Positions 49,069-58,110 of a stretch of DNA of 64,000 nt are shown in pieces. The position numbers and the translations under genes are program-made. This DNA is from a virus, in IMG/VR virus record IMGVR_UViG_3300037310_000404, positions 32,001 to 96,000 of that record; one strand, 5' to 3'. Within the stretch, counting starts at the first letter, position 1, and each line of letters opens with the position of its first letter. The notes under the pieces were generated by a model. That model did not search any database. It was not told where the DNA came from and saw only the letters and a program-made list of their open reading frames with translations.

Positions 49069-49713
49069 ATGTTTGGTTTTGGTGTAAAAAAGAATATCAA
49101 AATTATAGATTCTAGCGTCCTTGTGGATGGTAGAATACTTGGCATTATAGAGTCTGGTTTTATAGAGGGTGATCTTCGGGTGCCCCCTTTTGTTATATTA
49201 GAGTTGCAACACTTAGCCGATTCACAGACCCACGAAAAAAGACAAAAAGGGAAAAGGGCTCTTGAGCTCTTAGAGAGATTACAAAAAACTGGATCAGTAA
49301 ATGTTTCCGACGACGAATTCGACGTAGTCGAAAAAGTCAAAGAAGTTGACACGAAACTTGTTTTGTTGTGCAAAGAGCTTGGGGCAAAACTGCTTACCGT
49401 TGATTTTAATTTAAATAAGATAGCCAAGATACATGGTGTGTCTGTTTTAAATATCAATGAACTTTTTTCTGCCATTAGACCAATCGTGTTGCCGGGTGAT
49501 CGATTTACTATAAAGATCTTTAGAGCTGGGGCTATGCCGGATCAGGGTGTTGGTAGCCTGGAGGATGGGACGATGGTTGTTGTTGACGGCGCATTAAAAT
49601 TTAGGGGCCAGAAAGTAGAGGTTGTGTGTCGGCAATTTAATAGCAATCCGTCTGGTAGAATGGTTTTTGCTGAAATAGACGAATCTGGTGCCAGTGATGA
49701 AGCCGCCCGATAA
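49069..49713 (+). CDS. PIN + TRAM domain protein (YacL-like, lacking the TM region)
   Basis: IIDSSVLVDGRI, VILELQ.LAD, EVDTKL, TVDFNL, QGVGSLEDGTMVVV and SGRMVF. Confidence 0.9.
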   Translation: MFGFGVKKNIKIIDSSVLVDGRILGIIESGFIEGDLRVPPFVILELQHLADSQTHEKRQKGKRALELLERLQKTGSVNVSDDEFDVVEKVKEVDTKLVLLCKELGAKLLTVDFNLNKIAKIHGVSVLNINELFSAIRPIVLPGDRFTIKIFRAGAMPDQGVGSLEDGTMVVVDGALKFRGQKVEVVCRQFNSNPSGRMVFAEIDESGASDEAAR

Positions 49714-50398
49714 GAAGATAGAGTGGTATGAAAACGGAAATATAAAAGAATATGCCCAATATCGTGGCCGTAAATTGCATGGTAAAAGAATTTTGTATTA
49801 CATTAATGGGGTAGAAAAATCAGTTTCTTTTTATAAGAATGGCGATCTAAACGGAAAAAATGCACACTATAGTTCTAATGGTACTAAATTAAAAACTGTA
49901 GAGTATAGAAAAAATAAGAAGCACGGGTTGGCTATAACTTATTTCCCGAACGGCAGCGTGCAGTCTGAATATGAGTATGTTAATAATAGAAAACATGGAA
50001 CATTCAAAGAGTTCTATCCAAATGGCTCTTTAATGATAACTGGCCAAAATATTAATAACAAAATCTCCGGAAAATATATCGAATTTGATAAGGATGGTAA
50101 TATTTCTCATGAATGTAACTATGTTCGCGGAGCGCTTTCTGGACCTTTGCGAGATTATGAAAATGGTTTTTTAAAAAAAGAATATTTTTATAAGTCTGGG
50201 AAACTTAATGGAAAATGTACTGAGTATCATGAAAATTCTAGACAAGTAAAGTGCTCCATGGATTTTGTAAACGGAAAAAGACATGGGGATTTTCTTTATT
50301 ATACCACTACAGGGCTATTAAAAATTAAATCGATGTACAAAAATGACATCTGTACCGAGCATGTCGAATATGGAAAGCAATGGAGGCATGGTGACTGA
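49697..50398 (+). CDS. MORN-variant repeat protein (YwqK antitoxin-like)
   Basis: Repeats of Y(Y/F)xNG...Y.NG..HG. Confidence 0.85.
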   Translation: MKPPDKKIEWYENGNIKEYAQYRGRKLHGKRILYYINGVEKSVSFYKNGDLNGKNAHYSSNGTKLKTVEYRKNKKHGLAITYFPNGSVQSEYEYVNNRKHGTFKEFYPNGSLMITGQNINNKISGKYIEFDKDGNISHECNYVRGALSGPLRDYENGFLKKEYFYKSGKLNGKCTEYHENSRQVKCSMDFVNGKRHGDFLYYTTTGLLKIKSMYKNDICTEHVEYGKQWRHGD

Positions 50399-50756
50399 CG
50401 TCTTTGAAAAAAATATAGATTTTTCCGAACTGAAGAATTGGAAAAAAAATGAGGCTTCTAAATATAAGTTTGCTTCTGAATTCGATGAAGTTCTTAAAAA
50501 TTTTTACGTCCCATGGGAAGCCGTACAAAAAGATGGAGATAAGAACACGGTTCATGTTTTTGCAAGCCATGTTTACGATAGAGATAAGTTTATTTATATA
50601 AACTGGGTTTATGATAAACATAAAGTAATATCAAAAGATATCGTATCGATTGAAAAGTCTAATTTAAAAAAGTGGTTGAGAGAAGCTCGCGATTCAAGTA
50701 TGATTGACTGCGATAGTTTAATTAACATAGCGAGATTTTTGTATTTTGAGGATTAG
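50391..50756 (+). CDS. Hypothetical protein
   Basis: GGAGG RBS at 50382; the start is uncertain. Confidence 0.45.
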   Translation: MTDVFEKNIDFSELKNWKKNEASKYKFASEFDEVLKNFYVPWEAVQKDGDKNTVHVFASHVYDRDKFIYINWVYDKHKVISKDIVSIEKSNLKKWLREARDSSMIDCDSLINIARFLYFED

Positions 50757-50758
50757 AA

Positions 50759-51565
50759 ATGAACCGCAAAGACTTTTTAAGCTCTACCGGATCTTATGAG
50801 CCAGTAATACATCTTGATATCGAAAATGATGATTATCTATCTAGTCAAGAGTTTGTAGTAACTGACATAAAAAGAGGATTTTCTGAAATTAGAAAACTTC
50901 ATGAATTATGCATAAAACACGGCGCGTACATAGCAGGAGGATATGCTAGGCATTGCGTAACAATAAATAGCAAGAGTACTGATTTTTCTGACGTAGATGT
51001 ATTCTGCCAAAATCAAGGTTCTTTTGATGCGTTATTAGCCGAGATCAAGAATATCCTCGAAGGAGACATTGCATACTTAGATATTTTACAAACAGAATAC
51101 GCTGTAACTATAGGTTTTAAAAACCTATCTGGCGATGCTCAGTTTTTAAAAAATGTTGAAAGAGCACAGGGTAGGATAAAAAATAAAATATCTCAAATTT
51201 TTCCTATTCAAATTATAAAACCAGTTACGATAGAGACCGGTAGACAAACTGGTGGAGATATTATTGAGATTTTAAAAAATTTCGATCTTGACATATGTCA
51301 GGTTGCCATAGTATCTCCAGTCAAAGCCATTTGTTCTTTTAGCATGATGGCGAGTGATAAGGATAACTCGATGAAGGTCTCAAAAGGTTTACATAACCCA
51401 TATATGACAATGGCTCGTGTTATTAAATATGGCGGCCGGGGTGTTCGTGTCAAAGCTGGGATTTTGCAAGATTTGTTTACTTTTTTTGCAGAAAATACAT
51501 ATAAGAAAGATGGCTGTGGGGCGGCGGATCTTGAGGAGTTTATAAAGAAACAAGGAATGTCTTAA
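50759..51565 (+). CDS. Nucleotidyltransferase, tRNA nucleotidyltransferase/poly(A) polymerase head-like
   Basis: AYIAGGYAR...SDVDVF (GG-x-DxD) and NFDLDICQ. Confidence 0.7.
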   Translation: MNRKDFLSSTGSYEPVIHLDIENDDYLSSQEFVVTDIKRGFSEIRKLHELCIKHGAYIAGGYARHCVTINSKSTDFSDVDVFCQNQGSFDALLAEIKNILEGDIAYLDILQTEYAVTIGFKNLSGDAQFLKNVERAQGRIKNKISQIFPIQIIKPVTIETGRQTGGDIIEILKNFDLDICQVAIVSPVKAICSFSMMASDKDNSMKVSKGLHNPYMTMARVIKYGGRGVRVKAGILQDLFTFFAENTYKKDGCGAADLEEFIKKQGMS

Positions 51566-51805
51566 TATCCCTGTTAGTAAGGCGTAATGTTATCCACATT
51601 AAATCTAATCAAAAAAGTGCGATTCCTATATACTTCTTATATACATATTATTATATATAGTACATAATATATAATTAATATAGTATATAGAAAATCAGGA
51701 AATTTAGTTATATTTAATTATCTTAAAATAATTAAAGAAAATGATTGAAATTAAAAAATTTTTTGGTATAATTAAATTACTTAACTAACATAACAAACAA
51801 AAAAG
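51566..51805. other. Very AT-rich intergenic region with inverted repeat
   Basis: TA-rich tract bounded by CTATATACT (51626-34) and AGTATATAG (51682-90). Confidence 0.6.
51745..51772 (+). promoter_or_regulatory. Promoter TTGAAA-N16-TATAAT with TGG
   Basis: Close sequence match to the promoter at 23790. Confidence 0.7.
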
Positions 51806-52186
51806 ATGACAACTATACAGATATCAAGCACCTACCTATCTTCTACTCTTAAACCTAGACAGGCAGCTGAAAGGATTAAAGAGATACTGTATGATTTTTT
51901 GGATCATACAGATATTGATTCAGGATTTAATACAGATCTTTTCATAGATGAACTAACAACCACAGAAGAGGAAGAGTTCAGGGTTATAGAGGATGAGGTT
52001 GTTGAAAGTCCGGATATTGAAATCGATGATGAAAAATTAGATCATATGATTTCTGACTACCTGGAGTATGAAGAAACTACAGGCGCAGCGGATGATGATT
52101 ATGGAGACGACGAAGATGGCGACAGCGACGAGGCAGAAGACGAGCCGGAGTTTGATTTCGACGATAACTATGACGACGAAGAGTAA
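51806..52186 (+). CDS. Highly acidic protein
   Basis: 48 of 126 residues are D/E versus 6 K/R (hand count). Confidence 0.7.
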   Translation: MTTIQISSTYLSSTLKPRQAAERIKEILYDFLDHTDIDSGFNTDLFIDELTTTEEEEFRVIEDEVVESPDIEIDDEKLDHMISDYLEYEETTGAADDDYGDDEDGDSDEAEDEPEFDFDDNYDDEE

Positions 52187-52226
52187 ATTTTAATATAATA
52201 TCTAAAAACAACAGAAGGAGAGTAAC

Positions 52227-52451
52227 ATGGCTAGAAAGAACTTGTGGACCGAAGATCAGCTAAAGAAAATGGCTGAAGAGATAGATACTAAGAAGGTTGA
52301 GAACCCTTCTTACACTGCCAAAGATTACGCGGCAGAGAAGCAGATTGTTTACGGAACCTTGTATCAGGCTTTGCGTAGGAAGGGCTTATTCAAGCCTTCA
52401 AGACAGCGCACCCGCAAATCTGATGTTCAAGAGCCAGCTACAGTCGCATAA
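52227..52451 (+). CDS. Small putative DNA-binding protein
   Basis: GAAGGAG RBS; HTH-like YTAKDYAAEKQIVYGTLYQALRR. Confidence 0.5.
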   Translation: MARKNLWTEDQLKKMAEEIDTKKVENPSYTAKDYAAEKQIVYGTLYQALRRKGLFKPSRQRTRKSDVQEPATVA

Positions 52452-52472
52452 AAGGAAGAGGTTTAAATATAA

Positions 52473-52748
52473 ATGCCCGATTTTGACGGTATTCCTCGCA
52501 GACCGAAGCTTAATCAAGAAGAAGACGAAGACGATTTTGACTGGAAAGATTGGAAGAAAGAAGTAGAAGAAAACCAATCAACCATTTATGCCGTCTATAT
52601 GAATAAAAATATCCCAGAGGTAACGATCCAGATTTTAAACGATTTTGGTTTTAAATGGAATGGCCACTTTTGGGAAAATACAAACGGATTAAACAAGGAT
52701 GAAATTTCTTCTTTAGAAGAAGAGGGAATCGTAGTCCAAAAAAACTAA
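52473..52748 (+). CDS. Hypothetical protein
   Basis: RBS; FGFKWNG..W motif. Confidence 0.5.
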   Translation: MPDFDGIPRRPKLNQEEDEDDFDWKDWKKEVEENQSTIYAVYMNKNIPEVTIQILNDFGFKWNGHFWENTNGLNKDEISSLEEEGIVVQKN

Positions 52749-52769
52749 AATCATTCTAGTGGAGAAAAA

Positions 52770-53123
52770 ATGCCAAAGGGTCAAAAAAAAGTTGCGTTAA
52801 AAAAGAAGACAGCAAAAAAGAAGACAGTTAAGCCATCTTCGTCGCTGAAGAAGACTGTTAAAACCGGGAAAGTAAAACTTCAAACAGAAGTTGAAAACGC
52901 TGTCTTAACAGACAAAGAAATGCCTGTGTCTCAGACGGCGGCAGAGACGCCAAAGGCTAAAAAGACTGGTCCCACAACAAAGGCCACAGGAACAGCAGCC
53001 CTGAAAGGTGGTGCTGTTGTGATTTCCACCCACAACGATGACGCGTCGGCAGAGAAATCTAAGGCTGTCGTAATTCGAGGCGGTAAAGCAGTATTGGTTG
53101 AAAACATAGACGATGTCGAGTAA
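52770..53123 (+). CDS. Lys-rich, histone-H1-like N-terminus protein
   Basis: MPKGQKKVALKKKTAKKKTVK. Confidence 0.55.
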   Translation: MPKGQKKVALKKKTAKKKTVKPSSSLKKTVKTGKVKLQTEVENAVLTDKEMPVSQTAAETPKAKKTGPTTKATGTAALKGGAVVISTHNDDASAEKSKAVVIRGGKAVLVENIDDVE

Positions 53124-53767
53124 TGGCCATGAAACTTATTTTAGCGATTTTAATGGCGTTACCCTTCTCGCTTCTTTCCGCCGAACCCGAGTCTCCTAAT
53201 AATAGCTCGGGCTTCGTGTTGGAGAAACAAGTCACCAAACAACAACTTTCTATGTTTTTTGACTTTTCGCTAGAAGAGATGAGGAATAGTAATTTTGGCC
53301 TCTCTCGTGATATGTTTGAGCTGATTGGAGAAAGAGCTCCCAGTGATTTCCCAATGTGCTTTTACCACCTAGCCCAGCTCTACAGACAGATCCCGACCTT
53401 GGAAAACGCTGGGAAAGAAAAAGCAAACCTGGAGAAGTTTGTAGCTCTCTACAACAAAAAGACAAAAGTTGACAAGACGTTCTTTGAAGAGAGTTATTCT
53501 AGGCTTATAGCACTAGAGAATGATCCGATAAAGTTGGCAAAATATGCCAAAACTATCCTGAAGATATCAAAGTCATCTTCCCAAGGCAAGCACATCGCGG
53601 TTTCCGCGTATACCAAAATCTTCTCCATAACAAATGATGCAGAGTACGCTAGTAAAATAGAGAAAATGAGCATGTCCGCTGTTCCTAAACGCTCGATGCT
53701 GCCGGTTATTGATCGCCCATCAACAGGGGCGTCAACAATAGATGCGAGCTTTAGCATTTCCAGATAA
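53123..53767 (+). CDS. Exported helical-repeat protein
   Basis: Signal-peptide-like N-terminus followed by TPR-like helices. Confidence 0.5.
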   Translation: MAMKLILAILMALPFSLLSAEPESPNNSSGFVLEKQVTKQQLSMFFDFSLEEMRNSNFGLSRDMFELIGERAPSDFPMCFYHLAQLYRQIPTLENAGKEKANLEKFVALYNKKTKVDKTFFEESYSRLIALENDPIKLAKYAKTILKISKSSSQGKHIAVSAYTKIFSITNDAEYASKIEKMSMSAVPKRSMLPVIDRPSTGASTIDASFSISR

Positions 53768-53785
53768 GACGGGAAGGTAAAAGAA

Positions 53786-54133
53786 ATGTTTAAAAGCTGG
53801 CTGGAAAAAAGTATATTAATCTGCATATTAGCAGCGAATGTTCTTTTATCTTGGACTATCCTAAAAATAAAAATAGAAGAGATTAATCAGAATACTGCTC
53901 AGAAAATAGAAGAGACACGCAGAAGCTTATTTCTCTATATGATAGAGAACTCTTACGGAACTTTTGTTATCAAAGCTGAGGGTGAAAATCTGGAAGCCGC
54001 TATTGCTGAGCTAAAAAACATGATAAATGTTTCTAAACAAAATAAATGGTCTCTTATTGGAAATAAGAAAATAACTAAGAAAATTGATGGATCCATAGAG
54101 CTTTTTCAGACTATTTATAGATTGCCAGATTAA
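53786..54133 (+). CDS. Membrane-anchored hypothetical protein
   Basis: N-terminal TM segment. Confidence 0.5.
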   Translation: MFKSWLEKSILICILAANVLLSWTILKIKIEEINQNTAQKIEETRRSLFLYMIENSYGTFVIKAEGENLEAAIAELKNMINVSKQNKWSLIGNKKITKKIDGSIELFQTIYRLPD

Positions 54134-54195
54134 TTTTATAAAAATTGATTTAAATAAGCCTTGACAATTTAATTAAAAAATAGGATCATTGGTTT

Positions 54196-54825
54196 ATGAA
54201 AATACTAGCGATCCTGTTTTTAATGCTAGCGTTAGTTATCCCGGCCTCTGCGAGTGACCATGGAGCCGCTGTTGATTTGTATATTGAGGCTGGTGGTAAA
54301 AATATCGCTAGGGCTAAAAAATATACAGAGATTATAAAATTGCTTTGGAAGAAAAATAGGTCAAAACTTTCTCATATACCAACGCCTAACATACCAATAG
54401 CGCTAGGTTTGAGCGAAAGTACATTTAATCCGCTAGCAGTTTCTTCTGCTGGATGTCTTGGCGTTTTTCAACTAGACCCTAGCACTGCCGTTTGGATTTG
54501 CAAAAGATATAAAATTAAGTATAATAAGAGAACGATAAAAAAAGAACTACTAAACGATGTTTATTTTAACATACTTGTTGGGATGTGCTCGTTAGATTAT
54601 GAGATGGAGCAATCAAAAAATTTAAAAGAAGCTATTTTGTCATATAAGTGCGGAGGCACCTATATCAGGTCAAAATGGTCATATAGTTCTAGAGAAAACG
54701 AACTATACTCGATATTCGCCAATAAGCTGGAGCGTCTTAATAATGAGCGCAAAAAAGACGATATTCATCCCGAAAAAGCTAAAAATAGCTTTAAATCGCC
54801 ACGCAAGAAAAAGTTTTCCCGATGA
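54196..54825 (+). CDS. Lytic transglycosylase (SLT domain) with signal peptide
   Basis: LSESTFNPLAVSSAGCLGVFQL, and AILSYKCG at the AYN.G position. Confidence 0.85.
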   Translation: MKILAILFLMLALVIPASASDHGAAVDLYIEAGGKNIARAKKYTEIIKLLWKKNRSKLSHIPTPNIPIALGLSESTFNPLAVSSAGCLGVFQLDPSTAVWICKRYKIKYNKRTIKKELLNDVYFNILVGMCSLDYEMEQSKNLKEAILSYKCGGTYIRSKWSYSSRENELYSIFANKLERLNNERKKDDIHPEKAKNSFKSPRKKKFSR

Positions 54826-55189
54826 ATGCCTCGGTATATTTGAATGTATGGAGGCAAACGGCAATTATTTGATTATAAATACTCATGAGTGCAGGAATAC
54901 GGCTAGGAATAAAAGATTCGGTGGAGAGTTTGCTAAAAAGGAATTCAGAAAATTTACCAAGCTATCTAAAAAACTTAGTAGAACGAAGCTATTTTTGGGT
55001 GTTTACCACAGTCATCCGATAAGTGCCAGCATAAGACTCGGAGAGCAAGATAAATACTCGGGAAACCTTTTTAGATTATTTAGAATGCAGCTCATTCTTG
55101 GTCTAAAGAATCGCGGAGTTGTCAAACACGGATTTTGGAAGGTCGGTAAAAACAAGAAGTGGGCGTCTTTCGCCATAAAGGAAATTTAA
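54743..55189 (+). CDS. JAB/MPN (Mov34) metalloprotease
   Basis: FPDECLG (catalytic E), GVYHSHP and downstream D. Confidence 0.8.
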   Translation: MSAKKTIFIPKKLKIALNRHARKSFPDECLGIFECMEANGNYLIINTHECRNTARNKRFGGEFAKKEFRKFTKLSKKLSRTKLFLGVYHSHPISASIRLGEQDKYSGNLFRLFRMQLILGLKNRGVVKHGFWKVGKNKKWASFAIKEI

Positions 55190-55190
55190 A

Positions 55191-56057
55191 ATGCAAGCCT
55201 ATTTAGATTTAGCTAAGGATATTCTTGAAAACGGATATGAGAGAAAAGATCGCACTGGAGTGGGAACAATTGGCGTTTTCGGACGTCAACTAAGGTTTGA
55301 CCTCTCTAAGGGCTTCCCTCTTCTTACCACCAAAAAACTCCACCTCAAATCAATAATTCATGAATTATTATGGATTATTAGCGGAGCTACCAATATTCAA
55401 TATCTCAAAGACAATGGCGTTAGAATTTGGGATGAGTGGGCGGATAAAAACGGAGACCTTGGCCCGGTTTATGGTCATCAATGGAGAAACTTTGGCGGCG
55501 GTCAAAAGGTTATCATAAACAAAACAAGATCCGTCGGAGCATCCACCGGTATCGGGGATGCGATCTTTGTAAATAGTGCGGGGGTTGACCAACTGGCTAA
55601 GCTTATCGACGGACTGAAGAACAATCCAGATTCCAGAAGGCATATTATAAATGCATGGAACCCAGAGGATATCGACAAAATGGCGCTTCCTCCATGTCAC
55701 GCCTTTGTTCAGTTCAATGTAAGAAAAGGAAAATTCCTGGATTGCCAACTGTACCAAAGAAGCGCCGATTATTTTTTAGGAGTTCCATTCAATATAGCCA
55801 GTTATTCATTGCTTACCATGATGATCGCTCAAGTGGTTGGTCTTGAACCAGGAGAGTTTGTGCACACATTTGGAGATGTGCATATTTATAAAAATCATAT
55901 AGACAAAATAAAGCAGCAGATCGAAAGAGATCCAAAACCATTACCTAGGATTAAAATAAATACTAATGTGAAAAACATAGAAGATTTTAAATACGAAGAT
56001 TTTGAACTCGTCGACTATAATCCTCATCCGGCAATAAGGGCTGAAGTTGCGGTATAA
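55191..56057 (+). CDS. thyA: Thymidylate synthase
   Basis: [39 protein letters not shown]. Confidence 0.97.
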   Translation: MQAYLDLAKDILENGYERKDRTGVGTIGVFGRQLRFDLSKGFPLLTTKKLHLKSIIHELLWIISGATNIQYLKDNGVRIWDEWADKNGDLGPVYGHQWRNFGGGQKVIINKTRSVGASTGIGDAIFVNSAGVDQLAKLIDGLKNNPDSRRHIINAWNPEDIDKMALPPCHAFVQFNVRKGKFLDCQLYQRSADYFLGVPFNIASYSLLTMMIAQVVGLEPGEFVHTFGDVHIYKNHIDKIKQQIERDPKPLPRIKINTNVKNIEDFKYEDFELVDYNPHPAIRAEVAV

Positions 56058-56075
56058 AAGAGAGCATAAAAGACC

Positions 56076-56261
56076 ATGGGCAGAGACGATATAAAACCTG
56101 GATCGATATGGACTACGGGAATTCCGTCAAGACCAGACGTGGAGATTATTAGAGTTAATATATACTCAGAAGTAGTTATCTGGTGTTATGCTGGCCAATC
56201 TCAAACCTTTGATACTAATATTGATCAGTTTTTAAAACAATTCAAACCAAAGACTAATTGA
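56076..56261 (+). CDS. Small hypothetical protein
   Basis: Coupled ORF. Confidence 0.45.
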   Translation: MGRDDIKPGSIWTTGIPSRPDVEIIRVNIYSEVVIWCYAGQSQTFDTNIDQFLKQFKPKTN

Positions 56262-56286
56262 CAAATTAGCAGGAAACAAGTATAAT
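56258..56286 (+). promoter_or_regulatory. Perfect consensus promoter TTGACA-N17-TATAAT
   Basis: Read directly; immediately followed by ATGGAT ATG. Confidence 0.9.
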
Positions 56287-56292
56287 ATGGAT

Positions 56293-57123
56293 ATGGATCT
56301 CAATTCCTATCTGTCTCCTGAGCTTAAAAAGATCATTCGAAAGAAGAATCTCAGCTCTGGCGAGATAACTTCGCTCGTTACAAAATACGCCAAGGTAAAA
56401 AATTTGGCTAAAAAAGACTTGTTTAAGGACTTGATCTTTGAAAACATGGCTAAAATGATTTTCAAAATGTCTGCCGACGCGTTAAAGCAAACCGGGGCTG
56501 GATCAGAGGCTTTTGCTGATTTTTTTCAGTATGGAACCATAGGGTTTATGGAGGCATTAGAAAGATTTAAACCAAGCATGAAGATTAAGTTTTCTACATA
56601 TGCCTTTTACTGGATAAAACATTATTTGACTATTTGCAACCAGGAACTAAGAGTATTTAGAACTCCAAGAGATATCTATATCTCTAATGCTAAATATCAT
56701 AGTGTTGTAAACGAGTCCAAACTAACAGATCTTTCGGTAGATGTCATTCTCAAAAAGAGAGGCATAACGCGTGAGCAATTTGAAAAATATCGGTCGGACT
56801 CAGAGATCGTTGGCCGAAGATTGATAAGTCTCCAGAACACGATTGGGCCAGACGGAAGCCAAAAGACTGTTGAGAATATTCTGCGTATTGAAGACAAACA
56901 AAATGCACTCGATAAGCTAGAGAACGATGATATGCATGTATATATACGCAGGGTTTCAAAACTAATGCCAAGGGACGAGAGTTTGGCGATTGAGAAAATA
57001 TTCTATGAAGGTCTTTCGAGAAAAGAGTTGGCCAAAGTGCTTGGAGTAACACCCAGAAGGGCTGCTGCGATCGAGGCCAAAGCGGTAAAGAGATTACATA
57101 ACAATTTAACAGCAAGGGAATAG
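56293..57123 (+). CDS. Second sigma70-family sigma factor, probably leaderless
   Basis: DFFQYGTIGFMEALERF..KFSTYA.YW and region 4 GLSRKELAKVLGVT. The ATG lies 6 nt after the -10 box. Confidence 0.85.
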   Translation: MDLNSYLSPELKKIIRKKNLSSGEITSLVTKYAKVKNLAKKDLFKDLIFENMAKMIFKMSADALKQTGAGSEAFADFFQYGTIGFMEALERFKPSMKIKFSTYAFYWIKHYLTICNQELRVFRTPRDIYISNAKYHSVVNESKLTDLSVDVILKKRGITREQFEKYRSDSEIVGRRLISLQNTIGPDGSQKTVENILRIEDKQNALDKLENDDMHVYIRRVSKLMPRDESLAIEKIFYEGLSRKELAKVLGVTPRRAAAIEAKAVKRLHNNLTARE

Positions 57124-57126
57124 GTC

Positions 57127-57330
57127 ATGGGAAATCAACTAACAGTATCCGGAAGCTCGGTGGGCGCGTCTGGATCACAAAAAATAGAAGTTCCGTCAGA
57201 CGTTTTTGAAAAAGAACGCCTGATGAAATATCATGGTGTAACTACCGATAAGGAGTTAAAGCTAGCCATTTATCAGGATATGTTACGCAAGCAGAGAAAC
57301 AAAAGATCATCTTCATCTCAGAGTATTTAA
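57127..57330 (+). CDS. Hypothetical protein
   Basis: Coupled ORF. Confidence 0.45.
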   Translation: MGNQLTVSGSSVGASGSQKIEVPSDVFEKERLMKYHGVTTDKELKLAIYQDMLRKQRNKRSSSSQSI

Positions 57331-57785
57331 TGGACGCAAAGTTTTACTCTAAAACTGTTTACATAAAAAGAGACTCTGACGCAATCGAGCCGACTTATGC
57401 AACAGCTGGTGCTGTTGGCGCTGATCTTTGTTCAGCCGAAGAGGTATCGATAATGCCTGGCGATAGGCTTTTAGTTCATACAGGTGTCTATCTTGAGATA
57501 CCGGTTGGGTTTGAAGTACAGGTCCGCCCAAGAAGTGGATTGGCTTTAAAACACGGCATCACCGTGGTAAACTCTCCTGGCACCATCGACAGCGACTATA
57601 GGGGAGAAGTTGGTGTAGTTTTGATCAATCATGGCAAAGACGTGTTCAAAATAAAAAAAGGTGATAGAATCGCACAGTTAGTATTGAACGAAGTTCATCG
57701 GATGGCTTTTGTTGAGATCCAAGAGCTATCCGAAACACAGCGAGGCGAAGGCGGCTACGGAAGCACCGGAGTCTCAAAACAATAA
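57330..57785 (+). CDS. dut: Trimeric dUTPase
   Basis: [30 protein letters not shown] and [10 protein letters not shown]. Confidence 0.97.
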   Translation: MDAKFYSKTVYIKRDSDAIEPTYATAGAVGADLCSAEEVSIMPGDRLLVHTGVYLEIPVGFEVQVRPRSGLALKHGITVVNSPGTIDSDYRGEVGVVLINHGKDVFKIKKGDRIAQLVLNEVHRMAFVEIQELSETQRGEGGYGSTGVSKQ

Positions 57786-58110
57786 GGGGGCGACAGGTTT
57801 CGACGGGAGAAGTGAACGATAGGACGCATGCCGGGGGATGCTCAAGATACCTCGTTAAAAATTTCTAGGGCACAGAGAACTGCTGAAGACGCAGAACTCC
57901 TAGCAGCTTAATTGCTGCACTCAACATGGGGACTCCTCTAACTATGTATGAGCCGCAGAGGATAGGATCAGAACAAAGCTTATTTCGCCAATCAGCTTAC
58001 TTGTCTGATCTGAAATAAAGAGCGAAAGTGGCAAAAAGTGTTGCCGGACCTGAAAACCGGATAAGCATGTAGTTGGTCTACCAGGATCATCTTTCGGACG
58101 TGGGTTCGAT

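Noticed and set aside
54161-54189. TTGACA promoter before the SLT gene
   Set aside because: There is no acceptable -10 at a 16-18 bp spacing.
55490-55590. Intron or intein in thyA (about 20-aa insertion after YGHQWRNFG)
   Set aside because: It is short and in frame, with no splicing motifs; most likely a loop insertion.
35530-57785. Thymine-replaced (dU or hmdU) genome suggested by the dNMP kinase and NDT-like gene
   Set aside because: Intact thyA and dUTPase argue for normal dTTP synthesis, and no modifying enzyme is identifiable here.
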